A DNA stretch of 64,000 nucleotides from positions 64,001-128,000 of the IMG/VR virus record IMGVR_UViG_3300027977_000008; one strand, written 5' to 3'. Shown here one piece after another: positions 19,897 through 26,656 of the stretch (position 1 is the stretch's first letter; the number at the start of each line of letters is the position of its first letter). The DNA comes from a virus. A program made the position numbers and the translations under genes. The notes under the pieces are model-generated. The model saw only the letters and a program-made list of their open reading frames with translations, did no database searches and was not told where the DNA came from.

Positions 19897-20715
19897 AAAA
19901 CTCTACTCCTTCTGGAAGCAAGTATGATGTACCTGCAAAAGGAGTAGATCTTATTAAAGAGTTTGAAGGTTGTCATTTGCAGGCATATCCAGATCCTCTG
20001 TCTGGACATCTTCCGATTACTATTGGTTGGGGAAGCACTAGAGATTTGAATGGAAAACCATTTAAACTGGGTCAAAAGATATCACAAAAAGTTGCTGATG
20101 ATCTTTTGATAAATCAAATTAAAAATGAGTTTCTTCCTACACTTTCAAAAATACCTTATTGGAGTGAGATGACAGATGGAAAACGTGGTGCTCTTCTTAG
20201 TTTTGCTTACAATCTTGGAGCTGGTTTTTATGGATCTGGAAATTTTAGTTCAATCACTGCGAGATTAAAAAATAAAGAATGGGATAAAGTTCCTGATGCT
20301 CTTTATCTTTATCGTAATCCTGGTTCAAATGCAGAAGCAGGTCTGGCACGTAGAAGAAAGGCAGAGGGAAAACTCTGGAATTCTTAAAGGAGCACAAGGA
20401 GATGATGCCTATATTAGAAAAGTATTTGCCATCGGTGATACAACTGACCATTCGGTTCAAACTAATGTGTTGAATTCATATGGGGTTAAATCACACTTTA
20501 GTTACAATCTTTCTTTTGCTGATCTTGATCGTGAAATAGCAAATCAAAGACCAGTAGTGATTGGCATTCTACATCGTGGTTCTTTATCTAATCCTACGGG
20601 CGGCCACATGGTTGTAGTGATTGGTAAGACACAGAGTGGTGACTATGTTGTAAATGATCCTTATGGGTCACTCAATGATGGTTATACGGGTGATGTTTAT
20701 AATGGCAAAGGTGCT
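19479..20715 (+). repeat. Direct repeat pair (offset 903 nt) flanking the lysozyme domain
   Basis: 19479-19550 = 20382-20453 (72 nt identical); 19688-19812 = 20591-20715 (125 nt identical); diverged between the blocks. Confidence 0.9.
19887..20387 (+). CDS. GH24 lysozyme domain in the -1 frame, probably reached by frameshift from the C39 ORF
   Basis: -1 frame reads KKVENSTPSGSKYDVPAKGVDLIKEFEGCHLQAYPDP...TIGWG...ALLSFAYNLG...GLARRRKAE; no ATG/GTG/TTG upstream of the catalytic Glu. Confidence 0.8.
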   Translation, partial: KKVENSTPSGSKYDVPAKGVDLIKEFEGCHLQAYPDPLSGHLPITIGWGSTRDLNGKPFKLGQKISQKVADDLLINQIKNEFLPTLSKIPYWSEMTDGKRGALLSFAYNLGAGFYGSGNFSSITARLKNKEWDKVPDALYLYRNPGSNAEAGLARRRKAEGKLWNS

Positions 20716-20796
20716 GTATATAAGAAGTCTGACTTAACTTATAGATGGTTAGAGAATGGTAAGGATAAGACTGGTTGGGGAAGAATTTTTAAATAA
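20378..20796 (+). pseudogene. 5'-truncated second copy of the C39 peptidase (lacks catalytic Cys, different C-terminus)
   Basis: Same reading frame, 903 nt downstream of copy 1; starts at GILKGAQGDDAY; ends RWLENGKDKTGWGRIFK. Confidence 0.75.
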
Positions 20797-20812
20797 AGTT
20801 TAAAACAGTAAA

Positions 20813-21007
20813 ATGTTACGCGAATGGAATACTCCCTTTAGAGAACCATGGAACCCTGTTATAAAAAAATGCTTAGATGCAATAGATTTGCACACTAAAT
20901 TGTATTTAGAAACTAAAAATTCTTTTCATTTATCTCAATCAAATCTTCTTAGAGAATATATTACCAATTTAAAAAATTGGATTATTGAAAATGAACCAGA
21001 AGGTTGA
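20813..21007 (+). CDS. Hypothetical protein
   Basis: 64-aa ORF REWNTPFREPWNPVIKKCLDAIDLH. Confidence 0.6.
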   Translation: MLREWNTPFREPWNPVIKKCLDAIDLHTKLYLETKNSFHLSQSNLLREYITNLKNWIIENEPEG

Positions 21008-21017
21008 CATAGAAGTC

Positions 21018-21046
21018 TTGACAAAAGATAAATAATCACTTATAAT
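21018..21046 (+). promoter_or_regulatory. Consensus sigma70 early promoter with embedded late promoter
   Basis: TTGACA-N17-TATAAT; ATAAATA within the spacer. Confidence 0.8.
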
Positions 21047-21170
21047 GAAACATCGCCTTACAGCGGTTACATCATGAGATTTTGATGTGAAAATTAGAGC
21101 CCAGGAGATTGCCCTTTGAAAAAAGGGAAGTGTGCTTTCTCTATTGGGATGTAGAATTCTATTAAACTTA

Positions 21171-21830
21171 ATGCTACTATCAACAATTGCTACCCTTTCA
21201 GTCTTAACTGCGTTTCAGTCACCACTCTTAATACCAGTGAGTGCTCCACCAGTTCCTGAGAAAGAAAGTTTAGAACTCACAGTTCAAGACTTCTCAAATC
21301 AGAAAGACACCAAATCTGAAAAACTAAACATTACAGAAACGAAGGTCGAAAATAAAGAAAAGATTTGGAAATGTAAAGGGTGTAATCAAACAGAAACTTA
21401 TGCTTTGAGTTACTTACAAAAACAAGGAATCAAAGATAAGAATGCTCTAGCAACAATCATGGGCAATATCAAACAGGAATCAGATTTTGTTCCTAATATC
21501 TGTGAGGGTGGGTCTAGAGTTTCCTACCAAGGATGTGGAAGCGGTGGTTACGGATTAATTCAGTGGACCGATTCTGCAAGATATAATGGTTTAGGAAGAC
21601 ATGCTGCCCGTATGGGTGCCAGTGCTTCCACACTTGACACTCAACTCAACTATATGTTGTATGAGGGTGACTGGAAAATGATTGAACCAAGAATGAAAAC
21701 TCCTGGTAAATCTATTGACCAGTACATGTATTATGCTAGTAAGTGGATTCGTTGGGGACATCATGGAGCAAGAACTGACTTTGCATATAACTATGCAAAG
21801 AAAATGGTTCTTACTGAAGTAGATGCCTAA
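21171..21830 (+). CDS. Secreted phage tail-lysozyme-family (Phage_lysozyme2-like) hydrolase
   Basis: Hydrophobic signal; ALATIMGNIKQESDF.P..CEGG...GYGLIQWT..R; start moved to ATG 21171. Confidence 0.7.
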   Translation: MLLSTIATLSVLTAFQSPLLIPVSAPPVPEKESLELTVQDFSNQKDTKSEKLNITETKVENKEKIWKCKGCNQTETYALSYLQKQGIKDKNALATIMGNIKQESDFVPNICEGGSRVSYQGCGSGGYGLIQWTDSARYNGLGRHAARMGASASTLDTQLNYMLYEGDWKMIEPRMKTPGKSIDQYMYYASKWIRWGHHGARTDFAYNYAKKMVLTEVDA

Positions 21831-21865
21831 CTGAATAAATATGGGGGAATATATCTTCCCCCTTT

Positions 21866-22273
21866 GTGGTTAACTTTAATTTTGGCAAGAAGAAACCAGA
21901 TATAAAACAGTATGCTATCATCGGAGTTGTATTGACAGCAGTGATAGCAACCCTCTCGCAATGCACTAAGATATCTGAAAATAATCTATGGGATATTTTA
22001 GATGAGATACAAAGAAAATATTTTCCTCAAACCATATTGAATGAGTTTATAATCAAAGATGATGAAAAACTTCAGAGAAGAATTGGTAGAGATGTAGATC
22101 GAGCAATAAATGATATAACTCCGGAGTATGATCGTATTATTTCTGATTATGACAGGAAATACAAACCCAGATACAGCGAAAAACCGGTTGACGAAAATGT
22201 GTGCTATACTAAAGACTGTAAGGCATTGGGAGGTGAGATTAGACTAACTGCTCCATGGTACGTGTCTCAGTAA
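21866..22273 (+). CDS. Hypothetical membrane-anchored protein
   Basis: GTG start after late promoter; N-terminal TM segment; 3' end overlaps tRNA-Arg. Confidence 0.6.
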   Translation: MVNFNFGKKKPDIKQYAIIGVVLTAVIATLSQCTKISENNLWDILDEIQRKYFPQTILNEFIIKDDEKLQRRIGRDVDRAINDITPEYDRIISDYDRKYKPRYSEKPVDENVCYTKDCKALGGEIRLTAPWYVSQ

Positions 22274-22337
22274 CTCAGTGGACTAGAGTAACGCTCTTCT
22301 AAAGCGTGAGTCGTAGGTTCGAATCCTACCTGAGACG
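22264..22337 (+). tRNA. tRNA-Arg(TCT)
   Basis: Acceptor GTCTCAG/CTGAGAC; anticodon arm ACGCT-CTTCTAA-AGCGT; GTTCGAATC T-loop. Confidence 0.93.
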
Positions 22338-22396
22338 TTCCTTTACTAAGGAAAATTATATCAGTACTATACCACCCAGTTGCTATTGTAACTCAG

Positions 22397-22921
22397 ATGG
22401 ATATTTTAGAAATCCAAATGAAACTTATAAAGAACTCCCTTAGAAAAGAATTGATTTCATTATGCAACGATGAAATAGATAAGTTGCTTCCTAGTCGTGC
22501 ATGGTCCATTAATCAAACCACATGGAATAAAGAATTACTTGGAGATGATTTTCATGGAGTTTGTCTTTCTGCTGATGTTTCTTCCTTTACAGAAAGAAAA
22601 ATAAAAACTGAATTGTTGAAGTTGCTTCCAGAAGCAGACAAAATTACCATGAATTATAATGTGTTTCTTAAAAATTCTGGCATCCGATGGCATAGTGATG
22701 CTAATTATAAATTTGGTGCAACATTATATTTGAATGAATGGAATAATAAGTGGGGTGGATTATTTCTATGGGAAGACAAAGAGGAAAACTTACACGTTAT
22801 TTGTCCTGAACCAGGCACATTAGTAATAAATACAGAAGAAGAAAACCATTCTATAACTCATTTGTCTTCTATTGCACCATATCCAAGAAGGTCTTTACAG
22901 ATTTGGGGAACCATGCTATAA
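22397..22921 (+). CDS. 2OG-Fe(II) oxygenase (prolyl-hydroxylase-like)
   Basis: WHSD (HxD)...ATLYLN.W...WGG.F...NHSIT...RRSLQ. Confidence 0.8.
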   Translation: MDILEIQMKLIKNSLRKELISLCNDEIDKLLPSRAWSINQTTWNKELLGDDFHGVCLSADVSSFTERKIKTELLKLLPEADKITMNYNVFLKNSGIRWHSDANYKFGATLYLNEWNNKWGGLFLWEDKEENLHVICPEPGTLVINTEEENHSITHLSSIAPYPRRSLQIWGTML

Positions 22922-22976
22922 TGTTCAAGTGTGAAGGAAGTGCAACAGGCATGAGAAATTTGTAAGTCCCTTTTTT

Positions 22977-23056
22977 GTCGGTGTGGCGGAATGGTAGACG
23001 CGCTGGGTTTAGGTTCCAGTGACTAGTTCGTGGAGGTTCAAGTCCTCTCACCGACA
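22977..23056 (+). tRNA. tRNA-Leu(TAG)
   Basis: GTCGGTG/CACCGAC acceptor; CTGGG-TTTAGGT-TCCAG; variable arm; GTTCAAGTC. Confidence 0.92.
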
Positions 23057-23059
23057 TTT

Positions 23060-23131
23060 GCGAAATTAATTCAGCGGTAGAATGTCTGCCTTCCAAGCAG
23101 AACGTCAGGAGTTCAAATCTCCTATTTCGCT
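23060..23131 (+). tRNA. tRNA-Gly(TCC)
   Basis: GCGAAAT/ATTTCGC acceptor; TCTGC-CTTCCAA-GCAGA; GTTCAAATC. Confidence 0.9.
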
Positions 23132-23189
23132 TGCCCAAAAAATTGGGCACTAAATAAATCTTGTATTTGTAATTTTTTAATACATTCTT

Positions 23190-24065
23190 ATGAAAATCAA
23201 ATCTATTGTTGCTAGTGCAGTTGCTGTTTCTGCAATGACTGTTCCTGCATTTGCTGGACAATTCTCTGATGTTTCCCCCACTAACTGGGCATATCAGGCA
23301 ATTACCAATCTAAATGCTCGTTACGGTTGTCTTGTTGGATATCCTAATGGTACTTTAAAGCCTGCTCAGGATGCTACTCGTGCTGAGCTGGCTGCTCTGA
23401 CGAATGCTTGCCTGGATCGCATTTCCGAGTTCTCCAGTGCTGAAGATGCCCGCACTGCTGCTGCTCTTCGTGCTGAGTTCTCTAAGCAACTTGCTGCTAC
23501 TAATGTTCGTGTAAGGACTCTTGAAGTTGCTGCCGCTCGTAAGGCACAAGGAGTTGGTCAGTATGTTGGTGTTGGTGTTCTTGTAAATAAGCAAGGTACT
23601 GATGGTAATGGTTATGGTGCTAACCGAACTGTTTCTGGTGCTACTGTTCAAGCGCGTTTCCCTGTGGCGACTGTTTGGAGTAATGATGTTTCAGTTCGTC
23701 CTTATGCTAACTTTGTCGGTAGTCCTGCTGGACAGATTGGTGCTGCTGGTGGAGCACTTGCTACTTATGATTACTCCATCTCACGCAAGACTCTTGCTAA
23801 TGGAACTAAAGTAAGTCGTGCAAATGTTTATGGTGGTGTTGGTTATCAAGTTCCTTTCGTAAACAATACTTCTTCTAACTATCAGTCTGCTGTTGGTTCA
23901 CAGGGTCAAGTTGTGTTTGCTCTGGGTGTTGAAAGTCGCATTACAGATTCTCTGGTTGGTTTTGCTGATGTTAAGTTTCCCACTACCAATGCTACCAATA
24001 GCTATGGTGGTTCCAATGGAACTTATAGTCCAGTATTTACAACTGGTCTAGGTATCAAGTTCTGA
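23190..24065 (+). CDS. SLH-domain outer-membrane beta-barrel protein (cyanobacterial porin-like)
   Basis: Signal peptide ending AFA; FSDVSPTNWAYQAI...YGCLVGYPNGT...TRAELAALTNACLD (SomA/B-type SLH); amphipathic strands; terminal Phe. Confidence 0.8.
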   Translation: MKIKSIVASAVAVSAMTVPAFAGQFSDVSPTNWAYQAITNLNARYGCLVGYPNGTLKPAQDATRAELAALTNACLDRISEFSSAEDARTAAALRAEFSKQLAATNVRVRTLEVAAARKAQGVGQYVGVGVLVNKQGTDGNGYGANRTVSGATVQARFPVATVWSNDVSVRPYANFVGSPAGQIGAAGGALATYDYSISRKTLANGTKVSRANVYGGVGYQVPFVNNTSSNYQSAVGSQGQVVFALGVESRITDSLVGFADVKFPTTNATNSYGGSNGTYSPVFTTGLGIKF

Positions 24066-24117
24066 TAAACTACTCATAGGTTGAGTTAGATCACTCATTT
24101 TTTGAGTGGTCTTTGAA

Positions 24118-24189
24118 AGGAAGTTAAGTCAAAGAATCAAGACAAGCAGATAATGCCCTCGTAACTGGTGTAAGTCCAGTAACTTTCTT
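24118..24189 (+). ncRNA. Degenerate tRNA-like element
   Basis: AGGAAGTT/AACTTTCT closing stem; GTC/GAC D-like arm; ACTGG-TGTAAGT-CCAGT T-like arm; non-canonical anticodon arm. Confidence 0.45.
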
Positions 24190-24192
24190 TAT

Positions 24193-24264
24193 TCCACAAT
24201 AGCTCAGCGGTAGAGTCGGTGACTGTTAATCACTTTGTCCCTGGTTCGAATCCAGGTTGTGGAG
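24193..24264 (+). tRNA. tRNA-Asn(GTT)
   Basis: TCCACAA/TTGTGGA; GGTGA-CTGTTAA-TCACT; GTTCGAATC. Confidence 0.93.
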
Positions 24265-24267
24265 CTT

Positions 24268-24339
24268 GGGCGATTAACTCAGCGGTAGAGTGCCTCGTTT
24301 ACACCGAGTATGTAGGCGGTTCAATCCCGTCATCGCCCA
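24268..24339 (+). tRNA. tRNA-Val(TAC)
   Basis: GGGCGAT/ATCGCCC; CTCG-TTTACAC-CGAG; GTTCAATCC. Confidence 0.92.
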
Positions 24340-24378
24340 TATAAATAAATAAAATTGGTGTATAAGCATTAGTAATAA

Positions 24379-24891
24379 ATGAAAAATTTTGCTGAGTTTA
24401 TGCTAGAATGTCAGTGTATTCAAGAGACTTCACTCAATCGTGTAAAATCTAAATCAGACAAAGGTGGCATGGCAATCATGTCTGCCGAAAGAGGTGATAA
24501 GTCTAAGTCTCAAAACAAAGCACGATCCAAGCAATTAACAAAAGACATTCGTGGTGCTGGTCTTCCTGGTCCAACAAAAGTAAAAGGAAGATATACAGAA
24601 AATCCTGGCACTAAAGATGAGAAAAAAGTTTCTGAAAAGTCTTATGTAATTTCATCTGGAAAGAAAAGTAAAAAAAAGTTTAAAAAGGCAGTTGCTAAAC
24701 TTGGTGCTAAGTATGATCAAGATTCCGTTTTAGTTCAAAAAAAAGGAAAGGGTGGTGCAAGTCTTACTGGAACTTCTAAAACATCTTGGCCAGGGAAAGG
24801 AAAAAATGTTAAGGTTGGCAAAATGAAACCTGGACGTACTGGTGAATTTGACACTAAAGTGAAAAACAAAACATTTACTTATGAAAACTAA
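24379..24891 (+). CDS. Basic protein with capsid-targeting-like N-terminus
   Basis: Late promoter TATAAATA; MKNFAEFMLE; K-rich body. Confidence 0.6.
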   Translation: MKNFAEFMLECQCIQETSLNRVKSKSDKGGMAIMSAERGDKSKSQNKARSKQLTKDIRGAGLPGPTKVKGRYTENPGTKDEKKVSEKSYVISSGKKSKKKFKKAVAKLGAKYDQDSVLVQKKGKGGASLTGTSKTSWPGKGKNVKVGKMKPGRTGEFDTKVKNKTFTYEN

Positions 24892-25087
24892 ATTTCCTCT
24901 TCCACATGTAGTGGACACTAATGAAAAAACTGTATGGGTACTTTGTGATAGTGCCATTACTACAATGGGTATTGGTAGTATTGTAAAAAAATTCTATCCT
25001 GGATATACTCTTAAAATTGCAAGTAAAGAATATTTTAAAACCTTAAATGAATTTAAACACACTGACAATACGTTGCAAAACTTGTAA
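24881..25087 (+). CDS. Hypothetical protein
   Basis: 68-aa coupled ORF. Confidence 0.55.
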   Translation: MKTKFPLPHVVDTNEKTVWVLCDSAITTMGIGSIVKKFYPGYTLKIASKEYFKTLNEFKHTDNTLQNL

Positions 25088-25307
25088 CAAGGAGTTAACA
25101 AACTCCTCAAAATGGATCGTTTGTGGATGTCCAAATCAAGCAACAATTTATAATGATAAAATTTCTGCAGTAGATCTTTCGCAGATTGTTATCATAGAAG
25201 GGTTGACAAAGAAAAAAAATTCTGGTATACTGAGTCAAGATGACCTCGCTTTTCAAGAGGCAAAACGTCAACGAAAAGTTAAAAAACTTGAATTTGAAAT
25301 TCGTTAA
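25047..25307 (+). CDS. Small Zn-binding hypothetical protein
   Basis: CKTC...CGCPN. Confidence 0.65.
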   Translation: MNLNTLTIRCKTCNKELTNSSKWIVCGCPNQATIYNDKISAVDLSQIVIIEGLTKKKNSGILSQDDLAFQEAKRQRKVKKLEFEIR

Positions 25308-25503
25308 TGTGGAAACTTTGGTGTAAAGCATTAGGTGAAAAATCTTCTGATAACAATCATGAAGCAGATCGCATAGCAATTATTCGTACCATAATCTTTC
25401 TGAAATTGCAAGATTTAGATCTTGGAAGAATGTTCTAAAAGAACTTAGTAAATGCGAAGTCTTATGTTCTAACTGTCATAGAATAGAACACTTCAAAGAA
25501 TAA
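25307..25503 (+). pseudogene. Deletion-fused remnants: small ORF 5' half (25307-25438) plus HNH endonuclease 3' end (~25399-25503)
   Basis: MWKLWCKALGEKSSDNNHEADRIAIIRTIIF then, in another frame, EIARFRSWKNVLKELSKCEVLCSNCHRIEHFKE*. Confidence 0.6.
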
Positions 25504-25579
25504 CCGAACGTCGCCTAACTTGGTCATGGCACCGCTTTTGGGAAGCGGAATAATCTGAGTTCAAATCTCAGCGTTCGGA
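25504..25579 (+). tRNA. tRNA-Pro(TGG)
   Basis: CCGAACG/CGTTCGG; CCGCT-TTTGGGA-AGCGG; GTTCAAATC. Confidence 0.9.
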
Positions 25580-25587
25580 CTCGGCAC

Positions 25588-25616
25588 TTGACAAAAGTGC
25601 CTTTTCATTCTATACT
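25588..25616 (+). promoter_or_regulatory. Sigma70 promoter overlapping a terminator-like hairpin
   Basis: TTGACA-N17-TATACT; GGCACT/AGTGCC hairpin plus T run. Confidence 0.7.
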
Positions 25617-25640
25617 AAAACAGTAAACTTACAACAACAA

Positions 25641-25868
25641 ATGTCTCGCAGTCCATTTTTTTCTAAGTTCAAAACAGACATCAAAAAACTTACTTCTGCT
25701 GTAAAAGGAAGTGTTTATCTTGATGAAATGTATCCTAAACTTTATGAAAAACTTTGTAAATACTACAAATCTCGCAATGTTTATTTTTATGACGATGCGG
25801 AAAAGGATTACAACGTAATTCTTGATAATCTAGAATATGATCTAATGGACGCGGGCGTTTTAGTCTAA
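25641..25868 (+). CDS. Hypothetical protein
   Basis: 75-aa ORF downstream of the promoter. Confidence 0.65.
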   Translation: MSRSPFFSKFKTDIKKLTSAVKGSVYLDEMYPKLYEKLCKYYKSRNVYFYDDAEKDYNVILDNLEYDLMDAGVLV

Positions 25869-26266
25869 GTCATGGAGAGACTATAAAAACCCTGGTCGGG
25901 AGCAACCCAATGCCTAAATCTAGTATTTTACGATACCTAGGCAACATTCTCCTCATACTTGGGTATCAACTTATGTTATGGGGAGATTTTCGTTATGGAT
26001 TACTTATCAAGTGTATTGGTGGTATTCTAATAATACCGTTTGCAATTAAACTTAAACTTTATGACGTTTTAACCTTATGTGGATTTTTCTCCATAAACGA
26101 AATTGCAAAACTGGTAAATTTGTTTTCTTAATTTTTTAAAAAAATAAGTGGTGGAGTCAATTATGACCCTATTGTTTTCTTGCTTTTTTCAAGAGCAAGT
26201 GGTGCGGATGGGGAATTCTTTCTCCGCCTGGTTTCCAATTTCCAGTTAAAGAATTGGTGGCGAGCT
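25868..26266 (+). ncRNA. manA-like modular structured RNA interrupted by an ORF
   Basis: AGTC/GACT hairpin, then repeated modules of GTTT(T)C-hairpin-TGGT(G/C)GG; lies directly upstream of a mannose-6-P isomerase cupin; family assignment from memory. Confidence 0.6.
25910..26131 (+). CDS. Small membrane protein nested in the manA-like RNA
   Basis: 73 aa, several hydrophobic segments. Confidence 0.6.
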   Translation: MPKSSILRYLGNILLILGYQLMLWGDFRYGLLIKCIGGILIIPFAIKLKLYDVLTLCGFFSINEIAKLVNLFS

Positions 26267-26287
26267 TGAGAATTTACTTATACGAAA

Positions 26288-26656
26288 ATGGATTGTACAT
26301 GTGTACGTAGGAAAAGACCTTGGGGTTGGTATGAAACTATTGACAAAGGACTAACACATAAAGTCAAACGAATTTATGTAAATCCAAATCAAAGGTTTTC
26401 ACTTCAGTATCATAATTATCGAATAGAGCACTGGATTATTGTCCAGGGTTCTGGTATTGTTCAATTAAACGAATATACTGAATGGGTTTATCCTGGAAAA
26501 CATTTTCATATTGCAATTAACTCCCGTCACCGCATGACTGCTGGTGACAATGGAGTTCTTTTTATTGAAGTTCAACATGGGCAATGCCAGGAGAACGATG
26601 TTGTAAGATTGGAAGATGATTATGGTAGAATTGATAACGTGTATTATAACGACTGA
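26288..26656 (+). CDS. Mannose-6-phosphate isomerase, type II cupin
   Basis: RPWGWY...KVKRIYVNP...SLQYH..R.EHWIIVQG...HR...IEVQHG...DVVRLEDDYGR. Confidence 0.9.
   Translation: MDCTCVRRKRPWGWYETIDKGLTHKVKRIYVNPNQRFSLQYHNYRIEHWIIVQGSGIVQLNEYTEWVYPGKHFHIAINSRHRMTAGDNGVLFIEVQHGQCQENDVVRLEDDYGRIDNVYYND

Noticed and set aside
20296-20377. Start of a 166-aa ORF at 20296
   Set aside because: The first ~27 codons are an off-frame reading of the lysozyme 3' end; C39 homology begins only at ~20378 and lacks the catalytic Cys.
20378-20390. Second (+1) frameshift from the lysozyme into the C39 copy
   Set aside because: TCT TAA gives no good tRNA re-pairing and I see no stimulator; recombination at microhomology explains the junction better.
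21835-21866. GGGGGAA/TTCCCCC hairpin after a late promoter as another RBS lock
   Set aside because: It is equally explained as the terminator of the upstream hydrolase gene, and no SD lies in the 3' arm.
22977-23056. tRNA with anticodon TAG as an amber suppressor, or genome recoding
   Set aside because: Anticodon UAG reads Leu CUA codons; a suppressor would have anticodon CUA. Core genes are uninterrupted in the standard code, and the two in-frame stops seen are TAA, the main stop codon.
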